Origin: a virus
Taxonomy: Duplodnaviria > Heunggongvirae > Uroviricota > Caudoviricetes
Reading direction: 5' to 3' (one strand)
DNA: 64,000 bases
IMG/VR virus record: IMGVR_UViG_3300029705_000054
Location: 65,687-129,686 of that record
Shown: positions 21,541 to 30,742 of the stretch, piece after piece
Layout: every line of letters begins with the position of its first letter
Numbering within the stretch: the stretch's first letter is position 1
Program-made: the position numbers and the translations under genes
Notes under the pieces: generated by a model
Databases searched by the model: none
What the model was told of the DNA's origin: nothing
What the model saw: only the letters and a program-made list of their open reading frames with translations

Positions 21541-21734
21541 TGATCATTAAAAGATATGCTAGTGATGAACTTGCCGCTGAGATCCGCACAGCTATTAATG
21601 CTGCTGAAGGACATTGTCCTTGTGTGCTAAAAGAATTTCGAAATGAAGATACTAAATGTATGTGTAAAGATTTTCGTGAATCACCTTAGGGGACTATTTG
21701 CAATTGCGGTTTATATATAAAAACAGAAGCTTGA
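21540..21734 (+). CDS. ferredoxin-thioredoxin reductase catalytic-subunit-like small protein (1 TAG)
   Basis: GHCPC...KCMCKDF...P*GTICNCGLY; the third Cys motif lies after TAG 21687; ends TGA. Confidence 0.65.
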
Positions 21735-21759
21735 CAAAAATAAAAAATTAAATTATAAT
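21731..21759 (+). promoter_or_regulatory. consensus sigma-A promoter
   Basis: TTGACA-N17-TATAAT. Confidence 0.85.
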
Positions 21760-21793
21760 TATTATATATAGAACAATTTAAGGAGAAAGAAAA

Positions 21794-22219
21794 ATGAAAG
21801 CCAACTATGAAGATAAAATTCCAAAGCAAACGTCAGAAGTCTCTCTTGGAAATCTATATGATATAAATAAGCAGTTGATGGAAAAAGAGCCTAAGATTAG
21901 CGATGCTCAACTTGAACTTTCGCGTGAACATTTAAGAACTTGGTTTCTAAACCATTTTGAACAAAAGTATTTTATGCTTTTATGTCATGAACAGCGCGAC
22001 TTTACTTTATTTAACTTAAATAAAACAAATAGCGATATGACTCCTCCTCTCACAGTTTACAATGCAGCTAATGACGTTATTGAGTGTATGATTAATAGAG
22101 GAGAAATTTTAGCAATAGAAGATCAAACAGATGGTAGTTGGGAACTTTGGATTAGAAACCCTGAGGGTTGTTTTGCTTATTATCTTTTCCCATATGGAGA
22201 AGCAGTAATTGAATATTAA
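21794..22219 (+). CDS. hypothetical protein
   Basis: RBS AAGGAG; 141 aa; ends TAA. Confidence 0.65.
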   Translation: MKANYEDKIPKQTSEVSLGNLYDINKQLMEKEPKISDAQLELSREHLRTWFLNHFEQKYFMLLCHEQRDFTLFNLNKTNSDMTPPLTVYNAANDVIECMINRGEILAIEDQTDGSWELWIRNPEGCFAYYLFPYGEAVIEY

Positions 22220-22229
22220 GGAGCAGTCT

Positions 22230-22490
22230 ATGAATACAATATTAATACACGGAAGTCCAGTAACCCCTTTTTATAAAATTTGCGTCGTTAAAGAAAAAGC
22301 AATAGTTGACACAATAGGTGTTCAATTTGAAGATCTCGATGAAGTTATTTTCGAGCTTATTAAAAAATATGATATTAAGCATATTAGTTTTTCAGGCGCA
22401 AAAGATTATATGGAAGGCATTGAAAAAAGACTAAAAGAAACAACAGTAACAACTTATAGTATAGATGATTTGACTTTTCAATATCTATAA
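22230..22490 (+). CDS. hypothetical protein
   Basis: RBS AAGGAG before ATG 22230. Confidence 0.6.
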   Translation: MNTILIHGSPVTPFYKICVVKEKAIVDTIGVQFEDLDEVIFELIKKYDIKHISFSGAKDYMEGIEKRLKETTVTTYSIDDLTFQYL

Positions 22491-22512
22491 GAATAAAAGG
22501 AGATAAAAGGAT

Positions 22513-22764
22513 ATGGCTAAATATTTGCTTAAAACAACAGAAGAGCATAGAGCAGATAGTGAAAAAGAGGCGGCTGCGCTTATAGAGGCAGCTAAGGCGG
22601 ATACGCGCTATCTCTTATCAAAATACTCTTCGGTAAAAAAAGAACGCAAACAAAAGGGTGAAATTATTGATGAATATTATATTGTAACTTTGGTTAAGGT
22701 ATTCGATGACCCTAAAGAACCTTGTGGAGAAGCAAGCGTAGAATATAAGATTGGAGCATTTTAA
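22513..22764 (+). CDS. hypothetical protein
   Basis: RBS AAAGGA; 83 aa. Confidence 0.6.
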   Translation: MAKYLLKTTEEHRADSEKEAAALIEAAKADTRYLLSKYSSVKKERKQKGEIIDEYYIVTLVKVFDDPKEPCGEASVEYKIGAF

Positions 22765-22765
22765 T

Positions 22766-23251
22766 ATGGTAGGAGTAACATCTTGTGACACTAATGGAAT
22801 GTGGCGTAGCCACGTAAATTATGTAAAACTTTCACCCACTGCGCACGAGCCAGTGCAGGGCAGTACATACGCAGCAGGCTGGGATCTTTATGCGGATCTT
22901 GAATTGCAAAGTCGTATCACCCTTGCTCCAGGCGAAGTTCGTAAGATTTCTACTGGCATTGCTATTGAGCTACCTCAAGGCACGTTTGGCGCAGTTTATC
23001 CTCGTTCTGGGATGGCTACAAAGCGTGGTCTTGTATTAGCCAATGGAACAGGTATCATTGATTCAGATTATCGAGGAGAACTAATAGTAGCTCTTAAGAA
23101 TACTTCAAATGAAGTACAAATAGTAGAACATGGAGAACGTATTGCACAAATCGTGGTTACTCCATATATACCAGTACTATTTAATGAGGTAAATTCTATT
23201 GGAACTACCGCGCGCGGAGAAGGCGGATTTGGTAGTACAGGAACTAAATAA
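22766..23251 (+). CDS. dut: trimeric dUTPase
   Basis: AAGWDL, PRSG, GIIDSDYRGE, RIAQ, RGEGGFGSTG. Confidence 0.93.
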   Translation: MVGVTSCDTNGMWRSHVNYVKLSPTAHEPVQGSTYAAGWDLYADLELQSRITLAPGEVRKISTGIAIELPQGTFGAVYPRSGMATKRGLVLANGTGIIDSDYRGELIVALKNTSNEVQIVEHGERIAQIVVTPYIPVLFNEVNSIGTTARGEGGFGSTGTK

Positions 23252-23478
23252 TGGCTCAATTACCTCAATCTGTTGCTTACGAACAATTAAAACAAAATCT
23301 TATTAATCTTGTAAATGCTGGAGTTAATGATTATCATCTACCGCCTTTTACAATCGCTGCATTATTAAAAGATATTTATATTGAAACTCAAAATCAAGTC
23401 CAATTAGAATATCAAAGAGATTTACAACAATATCAATTACTTATAGAGCAAGAACAAAAAGCCAAGGAGCAGAAGTAA
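23251..23478 (+). CDS. small coiled-coil hypothetical protein
   Basis: TAATG coupling to dut; 75 aa. Confidence 0.6.
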   Translation: MAQLPQSVAYEQLKQNLINLVNAGVNDYHLPPFTIAALLKDIYIETQNQVQLEYQRDLQQYQLLIEQEQKAKEQK

Positions 23479-23490
23479 ATTCTGCTCCTT
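23464..23490 (+). terminator. intrinsic terminator fused to a promoter
   Basis: AAGGAGCAGAA-GTAAA-TTCTGCTCCTT, immediately followed by TTGACT. Confidence 0.7.
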
Positions 23491-23519
23491 TTGACTTTTA
23501 TAAAATTTTATAGTATAAT
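23491..23519 (+). promoter_or_regulatory. sigma-A-type promoter
   Basis: TTGACT-N17-TATAAT upstream of the resolvase gene. Confidence 0.75.
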
Positions 23520-23542
23520 AAAACCAGAATGGAGGTGCATAT

Positions 23543-24052
23543 ATGTACTTACTTGCATTAGATGCCTCAACTAAAGCAACAGGTGTGGCAATTTTTAAAG
23601 ACAAAGAGTTGATTGGATAGACTTGTATTACAGCTTCTTCAAATGATTTATATAAACGAATCCATAAAATGGTTGATAATATACTAGCATTAGTAGAATA
23701 GTTAAAGATTGAAAAAATTGTAATGGAAGAAGTTATTCCAGATCATACTAAAAACACTAATACATTTAAAGCATTAATGTATTTACAAGCGTTAATCCAT
23801 ATCGAGCTTCATGATAAATATCCTAATGTAGAAATTGAATTAGTTTATCCTAGTTCTTGGCGCTCCGTATGTGGAATAGAAGATGGACGTGGATCTAAGC
23901 GCGAATAGAAAAAATAGAAAGATATAGACTTTGCAAACCGTGCTTATGGATTATCTTTAACCAATGACGACATTGCAGACGCAATTTGTATTGGTCATGC
24001 TTATTTACATCCAAAAAAAGAAAAAGATTATAGCTCTGCTTTAGAGTGGTAA
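23543..24052 (+). CDS. ruvC: RuvC-like Holliday junction resolvase (4 TAG)
   Basis: RBS GGAGG; LALDASTKATG, IVMEE, PSSWR, NDDIADAICIG; intact only with TAG read through; ends TAA. Confidence 0.85.
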
Positions 24053-24054
24053 AA

Positions 24055-24084
24055 AAGAGGAAGATATCTCAATATCTTCCTCTT
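24055..24084. terminator. bidirectional terminator at the convergence of the two gene arms
   Basis: AAGAGGAAGATAT-CTCA-ATATCTTCCTCTT. Confidence 0.75.
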
Positions 24085-24389
24085 CTTATTCGTTCAAACA
24101 TTATATCAGTTAAATCAATAATTTCTTCACCAAAAACCGAAATTATTTCCGCTATAAGTTCTTCCTCATCATGACCCAAAGTCATATCATATGCAAACAT
24201 TGCCGCATGCACTAACTCATGGCAAAGAACTTTCTCAAACTCTTCACCATAAAGTTCGTTACTAATATAGATAGTTTTAGTTGCATCATTACACGCCCCA
24301 ATAGCAAAGTTACCGTCAGGCATTAAAAGCGCAACGTCGTATGGCATAACTAAAACAATCCACCATTGTTCTCCATTAATGGTAAACAT
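24069..24389 (-). CDS. small HExxH zinc metallopeptidase-like protein
   Basis: GAC...TIYI...VLCHELVHAAMF...EE. Confidence 0.7.
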   Translation of the reverse strand: MFTINGEQWWIVLVMPYDVALLMPDGNFAIGACNDATKTIYISNELYGEEFEKVLCHELVHAAMFAYDMTLGHDEEELIAEIISVFGEEIIDLTDIMFERIRRGRY

Positions 24390-25108
24390 TATTTAATTTT
24401 AGTAGCGAGCATGCTTATCTTTTGTTGTAGAAGTTGTTTTTCTTCAGGAGATGCGTCTTGAATCATCTCTGTGAGATCACTGGAAAGTTCTTGCATATAA
24501 GATTCAAGCTCTTTCATTTGATGAGCTTTATCTTTCATACCTTTACCGTCCATATACATCTTGCGGCGTTCGCCGCTTCTTCCTTCTTTAGGGTCACGAC
24601 TCATAGCTTCCATATATCCTCGATTACCGCCGCGTTCGTACATTGAATACATACCATCGTTATACATTGGATAATGTTCACCTGGAATCATTCCCTCATG
24701 GTAGCCACGAGTGCCGCCTCCGCGCGCATCATTACCACCTGAGGAGTTCGAACTATTGCCATTAGACGAGCTAGAATAGCCACCACTATTTTCGCCACTT
24801 TGCGCATACATTGGTGAATAATATCTTTCTCTATTGCGAGGGTCATACATCTCAACAGGATAAGGCATATGATACATAGGAGTTGTACGAGAATAATACA
24901 TCATTCCGTGCTTGCCTTTACCTTCTTTATCTTCGCCTTCTTCCTCCATAGCCTCAGTAATTGTACAATAATAGATAGCTTCACTAAGATCCTTAATCAT
25001 ATCAATGGCGGCGCCAAGCTCTTGAGCGTCGACCTTCTCCATGTTGCCATAGACCTGGCCTTGAACACAACCGACGAGCGCCTCTTTCATCTATTTTAAT
25101 TTTTCCAT
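24389..25108 (-). CDS. hypothetical protein, helical termini and Tyr/Met/Gly/Ser-rich middle (1 TAG)
   Basis: Starts MEKLK*MKEAL (TAG 25091-25093); TAATG coupling to the peptidase gene. Confidence 0.7.
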
Positions 25109-25109
25109 A

Positions 25110-25529
25110 TTACGCCACCCTTTCTATAATTAAGTTTGCATTTTGAACATCAATAGCTTGCGTACTAGTATTTCTTACGCTAACTGTGATGCAGCAATTA
25201 GCAGGAACGTCAATATATACTGCGCTAGCTACATTAGCGAATTCTTCTACTGCCGCTGGAGTTTGGATCATTGTGGTTGTAGCCACAGCCTCTCCGTTAA
25301 TAGCAATCGCAAGAGAGATCGCTTCAACAGTTCCGTCAGCGGGAATGGCTATATTCCCGCTGAAGAACGCCTTAAATCTCGCACGACATTGGTTAGTAAG
25401 ACCACGAAGAGTTACTAAACCACTACCATCACGATGCATAATGGAGCAGCTGCCGCAAACCGCAGTGTCGGTAAACTGAACATTTTGATTAAGCTCTACC
25501 GTCTGCAGAGCATTTGCTGTAATTTCCAT
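25110..25529 (-). CDS. BclA C-terminal (C1q/TNF-like) fold protein, putative
   Basis: Beta-rich 139 aa (SGLVTL...F.GNIAIP...SLAIAING...ITVSVRN...NANLIIER) resembles the BclA_C pattern; pattern inference only. Confidence 0.5.
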   Translation of the reverse strand: MEITANALQTVELNQNVQFTDTAVCGSCSIMHRDGSGLVTLRGLTNQCRARFKAFFSGNIAIPADGTVEAISLAIAINGEAVATTTMIQTPAAVEEFANVASAVYIDVPANCCITVSVRNTSTQAIDVQNANLIIERVA

Positions 25530-25557
25530 TCTTATCTAAGCCTCCGTTTAAAATTAA

Positions 25558-27535
25558 TTAGAAGCTTACGCAATTACCGCAACCGCAGTTACGAGTTACT
25601 TGATAATCGTAGCAGCAGTTGGGGTTAGGAACTACATACGCAGGAACGGGACATGGAGTCGAAAGTCTGCGAATAAGTTCTGCAGTCTGAGCTTCTTGAT
25701 TTGCAGTGATAAATGCATTTTGATTTGCTTGTGATGCCGCGAATTTAAGAGACTGATTCTCTGCAGTAAGAGAAGCGATCTTATCTTGCGTCATGAAATC
25801 GATGATTCTATCACCAAGTTTGTCAATAGCTTGAAGCGTATTGCAGTTATAAGTTTGAGCGGCAAAACGATTTTCCATGTTAGCCTTCTCAATGTCGCAG
25901 CAGCAAGCAGCTAATTGTGAAGCAAGAGCGTTAGTATTTATAACGCCTTGAGTTTTTACATCAGCAATTGCGGCGCGAGTGTCACCATTATGTTATCATA
26001 CAAGCTCTTTATCTTGTATTTCTTATAGTTTCCTATAAGATCAGACTATATCTTCATCCTATCTAAATAGGAGTTCGGTACTCGTGTCGAGATTATTGGT
26101 ATCCATCCTCACTCGTTAGTCGTTGAACCTTCCAAGGTACTGTTATTGGAATTCCCTTGGCTCGGCTGCTGATTAGCATATTCACATTTATATTGTCCTT
26201 TATATAAAATCCCATTTTTTAACGCGCTATTGAAACAAGAACCATTTGGCGCACCAATAGCTTTCGCTGCGGCTCCTTTGCTCTCATACCATATTCCATT
26301 TACAATAATAGGAACTTTTGTACTTAAACTAGGAGTGAATGGTTTGGGTCCTTCATCCTCATAATAACATAATTCTCCTTGAGGATTGCCTCCTTTTTTA
26401 CACCATCCTACGACAGTTGTCTCTGCTACTCCATATGCTCTTGCTGCATCAACTAGACCATCATATCGGGTTTTGTTTATTATAATAGGTCGCTTATGTT
26501 TATCTCCAGCTTTTTTTGCAAATTCTGGATTTTTCATAGGATTATTCTTAGACATTCTTTCTCTCTATTCTTGAGCTTTCATTGGGTTATATTTAGACCA
26601 ATATTGTTTCATATCCTCTGTCCATACAAAAGAGTAGCCTCCAGTTCCAGGTTTAGCTAAACTACAATGACATTCACCTTTTTCTTTGTAGTAATAAGTT
26701 AACTCTGCTTCATATTTAAAAGCTTGTTCTTCTGTGAGCTGATCTTTAACAATTCTTGAATCTACATTATAATCCATACAATACTATTTGAATAATTGAT
26801 TTCTGCGCGCCATCTCTCGATATCGTTTCCCGCAGCCTTTGCCTACATAAAAGACATAATTGGTATCAACATTATACCATTCATATACATAAAACTTATT
26901 TTCTTCCATTTTTAATCTCCTTTATTATTCTATATTGAATTATGAACTTCATTGTTCAATATATATTTAAAATTGAGTTTAATGGATGAATAATTTTTGT
27001 CCTTAATTTTTTATTTTGTGAAATTAGCCTTCCAGCAATTCTCCGAATTGTTTTCTAATAGTTACCTATTAGGCTGCCAATGACTTTAGCAGCATTCTGC
27101 GATCTGGTTACCAAGGGCTGTAAATCCAGCTTGGTTTTGATATCCAAGAGTACAGATAGCGTTATCTACTCCGTGGAATCCTGTTGTGATAGCATTACTT
27201 AATGCGTATGTGCTATCAGCTAAACCATAAGTTTGGTTATCAAGTTTAGAAATTAAAGTTTGCTGATCGACTGCAGCGCGAACATCATCTTTAGTTGCAC
27301 AAGCTGATCCACCAAAGTTAGCTCCATAGAAGTAAGGATTTAAAATGTAACCTGCGCCTCCTTCAGAGCCTCCGTTGTTGCCCCAACCATTTCTTCCCCA
27401 TCCAGTGAAAAGAAACAATAAGATGATCCACCAACCGTTCTCACCAAAGCCGTCACCGAAACCTCCATTTCCTCTGTTGCCGCCTGTTACTGCGGCGATG
27501 TCGGATAAAGAATATCCATTTGAAGTGTTGAACAT
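25558..27535 (-). CDS. Gly/Asn/Cys-rich protein split by a group I intron (exons 27535-27088 and 25985-25558; 291 aa spliced)
   Basis: Splicing gives TGC TGC T|GT GAC = ECCCDTRAAI and restores frame (876 nt); hydrophobic WWIILLFLF, CCC motifs, Cys-rich C-terminus. Confidence 0.85.
26109..26909 (-). CDS. intron-encoded GIY-YIG homing endonuclease (2 TAG)
   Basis: FYVYEWY...FYVGKG..KR; TAG at 26784-86 and 26565-67; NPMK repeats and NUMOD1-like tail; ORF runs through the Q and R core elements. Confidence 0.85.
26960..27002 (-). promoter_or_regulatory. bipartite promoter-like motif inside the intron (spacing variant)
   Basis: GGACAA...AATTTTAAATATATA upstream of the intron endonuclease. Confidence 0.45.
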
Positions 27536-27568
27536 ATTATGTCCTCCTTTATAAAAATATATTTAGAT

Positions 27569-27817
27569 TCAGAGTCCAAAATACTGCTTTTTGAACCTAC
27601 TGAACTCTTTATCAAAATCAATTCCTTGTTCTTTGGCAAGATTACGTGCGAATTTTTCAATATCTGCTGTACGATTATCTTTTGCCATTGACAAGAGATT
27701 ACCCATAATAGGATTTTGTGACGCTTCTCCTTCAAGAATATCAATCATTAATTGTTCTGGATTTTTGCCCTAACGCATTTGCATTAATAAATATGCGGGG
27801 TCTACATTGTAAGCCAT
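27569..27817 (-). CDS. small helical hypothetical protein (1 TAG; not in ORF track)
   Basis: RBS AAGGAGG; MAYNVDPAYLLMQMR*GKNPEQ...NPIMGNLL...IEKFARNL; ends TGA. Confidence 0.7.
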
Positions 27818-27828
27818 ATTTTACCTCC

Positions 27829-28314
27829 TTATAGATTAAATGGCGCATTTACTTGCGCTTTTACATTGCGCGCCGGTCCAGGTTCTTGTGATTTTTCCTA
27901 AACCAAACTTGCCTTAAAACTTGCCAAAATTTCATCAAGCTCATCCTTAGTAACATACACCGGCGCCGGCGCAGCTTCACTTGGAGTGCTTAATTCAAAT
28001 ACATTAAAAGCGGCAGTGCCATCCATGTTAATCTGTTTGGTATAAATCTTCTTATTTCCTAAGTCTGGGAAAACATAGAGCGATCCATCTAAATCGATTT
28101 GACTAGCTCTTGCTTCATCAATCGAGACTACTGGACGACCTTTAATGTAATTGCCTTGTGACATCATTATAGGCGCGGTATATTGCTGCTATGGAGCAAC
28201 GCTAGGCGCACTCTAATCTGTCTGTTGAGTCTGCATCATTCTCTGATACTGTGGTTGCATCCCATATCCATACATATAGGGTGTCTGTTGAGTTAGATTA
28301 TTATACATATTCAT
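27829..28314 (-). CDS. hypothetical protein with Gln/Met/Tyr-rich N-terminus (3 TAG)
   Basis: QTQQTD*SAPSVAP*QQY...IKGRPVVSIDEARASQIDLDGS...IYTKQINMDG; RBS AAAGGAG; ends TAA. Confidence 0.7.
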
Positions 28315-28349
28315 TCGAGTTTATTTCTCCTTTCACTCTTGTTCAAATT

Positions 28350-28389
28350 TATATTAAAATTTACTTAATCGCTTTAATAAATTTTGATA
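28350..28389 (-). promoter_or_regulatory. bipartite phage promoter-like motif
   Basis: TATCAA-N28-AATATA heading the six-gene module. Confidence 0.55.
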
Positions 28390-28497
28390 TAAATTTTGAA
28401 ATTTAACAGGAGAATAAAAAAATCCTCATCCATATGATGAGGAAATCATTTTAACAGTAATCAATTAAAATCGTATTAAATTATTTCTTTCAATAAA

Positions 28498-28522
28498 AAA
28501 GGAACTCAAAATGAGTTCCTTT
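28498..28522. terminator. intrinsic terminator after the tail operon
   Basis: AAAGGAACTCA-AAA-TGAGTTCCTTT with A/T tracts. Confidence 0.75.
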
Positions 28523-28529
28523 ATTTTTA

Positions 28530-30740
28530 TTATATTCTTTCAATCGCACGACTTGCGCTTATACTCATTGTTCCATTCGCTGTAAGTGGAACTGTTAAAC
28601 TATTTATAATATAGTCTCCATGAATATCACTATCATCATCATTTACTGTAATACGAGTATTTGGCTCTAAATGATAAATAGGCATACAAGATAAACTAAT
28701 ACTATTATTGTAACTAGTGTACTAATGTAATGCACTGCGTACTAAATCATATGCTGAATTAGTTGCTACGCCTATTCCAATAGCTGATTGAATCGAAGTA
28801 TCTGCAATAATATACTTTTGATTAGCAGATGCATCTTCTGCTTTTTCAACATATAAAATATCTTTTAGCACTGGCGCAAAGACACAGTTTACTTTTGAAT
28901 CATTAATAACTTTTTGTCGGCGGCCTATAGTCTAAACTCCAAACTATTTTATTGATTCTAAACCTGTAACACCTATTGTATTTGATTGTATAGTCTAATA
29001 ACCAGTAACAACAGAATAATTAATAATTATAGAAAGTAATGTATCGGTTGTGTTGTTATATTTTATAATAATATAATTAGCATCATGTTCAATAGAAGTA
29101 ATGCAAGCTGTTTCTTCGCCTTCAATAGAATGTAATTTAAGTATACTATCCATCCCTTCATATGGAATTTTTTCCGTTCCGCTCTATGTGGCAGGTATAA
29201 TTACCGTTGCTGTTTTTTTGGCTAAAATTGGTATAATATTATCTCCGCCAAAAAGATTAGGGTCTATCATATCTATAAAATAAGGTGTTGCATCAGGCTA
29301 ATTATCATAAAAGAAGCCGTTATCACCAGGCTTAATATTATCGGCTTCTATTCCATATTGAACATTATAAATCAAAGGCAAATTCTAAATTAACTCTTTA
29401 GCCAAAGGAGTTTGAACTCCATCTCTAATATACTACATATAGAGTTCTTGGCGCCAGTCCTAAGTCCTTACTTTTTTTGCACTAAGTTTATCATTCTCAG
29501 GCTACACATCCCATACTGCTTTAGCTCTCTATGTACCATCTGCATCCATCTAAAACACAACCCAGTATTCGTTACCAGACTAAGGCGGTGTGTCAATAAT
29601 TAAATGATAACAAATTGGGGTTTTATTTTTAGCAGTCTACCCCCATACAATAATATCATTTTTAATTTCACTATAACGTGGATTATTAGAATAGGAAACA
29701 GTACAATTAGTATTATCAAAAGAGTAGATTGATTTACCTCGCGACTAATTAATAAAATATTTATCATTAATAGCATCTACAAGATTGTTAATAGCACTAC
29801 CTTCATTAAGATAATTTTTAATTTCTCTAAATCTAAAGTTCCCATCTAAATCAAAGAAAAACTCATAATTACCCATAGTATTTTTTATCTTGTTTAAGAC
29901 AGATTCAATAGTTTCACCTGCATTAGAAGTTAACTCTGCTTGACTATCACCTGCGCCATAAGTAAAATTAGTCATTTGATATCCAATAGCATCTCCAAAA
30001 ATATATTCATCAATAGCTCCATCATTTGGCGCCTATCCTAATGTTAACTCATATTTGTTACCATCTATATGCTTTAAATAAGCTGGATAATTTGATGTCC
30101 ATCGAATTGCATTTTTAATCTAAAAGGGAACATCTTCAATAATAATTTTTTCTTTAGGAATACCACCTGCATCATGTACCAGAGATTCAATTAATTTACG
30201 ATTTAAAACAGGCTCAGGATCACCGCCCTCTACATAAATAGGAGAATGCGTTGTCTTAACTGAAAAAGTACCTCCTAAAGAGCCATTCAAAAATGCCATT
30301 TTATCATTAAATTTTAAAGATATTTGAATACCCGAATTATTTGAACTCACAGAAGCATCTGTAATTCCATAAACTCCAACAGGGAACCAAAAGATAGAAT
30401 ATTCTAAATACTATGCGCCAGTATTTTTAATACCAACTTCAATTTCAATCTTTTTATTCATTGATAATTTATTATTAATATCAGTTACTTTATTCATTAT
30501 AAAATTAGGATTTTTACAAATATCTTTATCCGTATAAGTTAACATTGTTAAAGAGCCAGTTCTACGCATTGAAGACTAACCATTTACTGAAATACTACCG
30601 GTAGTGGCAAACCCTTCAATAGATTCAAGAGGTTCGTCATTCATGTTGAATAAAATAATTTTAACATATTGTTCTTTTACTATTAAATTATCAACATATC
30701 TTAATATCTAAGGATTAGATAAGTAGCTATATTTTGCCAT
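28530..30740 (-). CDS. putative distal tail/baseplate hub protein (736 aa, multiple TAG)
   Basis: ORFs 30120-30350 and 29745-29975 are in frame with ATG 30740 and TAA 28530; GSISVNG*SSMRRTGSL; FFFDLDGNFRF. Confidence 0.6.
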
Positions 30741-30742
30741 AA

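Larger units (their letters stand above)
25986..27087 (-). ncRNA. group I self-splicing intron (IA-like), 1102 nt
   Basis: P GAATTGCTGGAA (27030-41), Q AATCAGCAGC (26165-74), R GTTCAACGACTA (26117-28), S AAGATATAGTC (26044-54); P1 GCUGCU/GGCAGC with U.G at the splice site; P10 GUCAU/GUGAC; ends in G. Confidence 0.92.
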
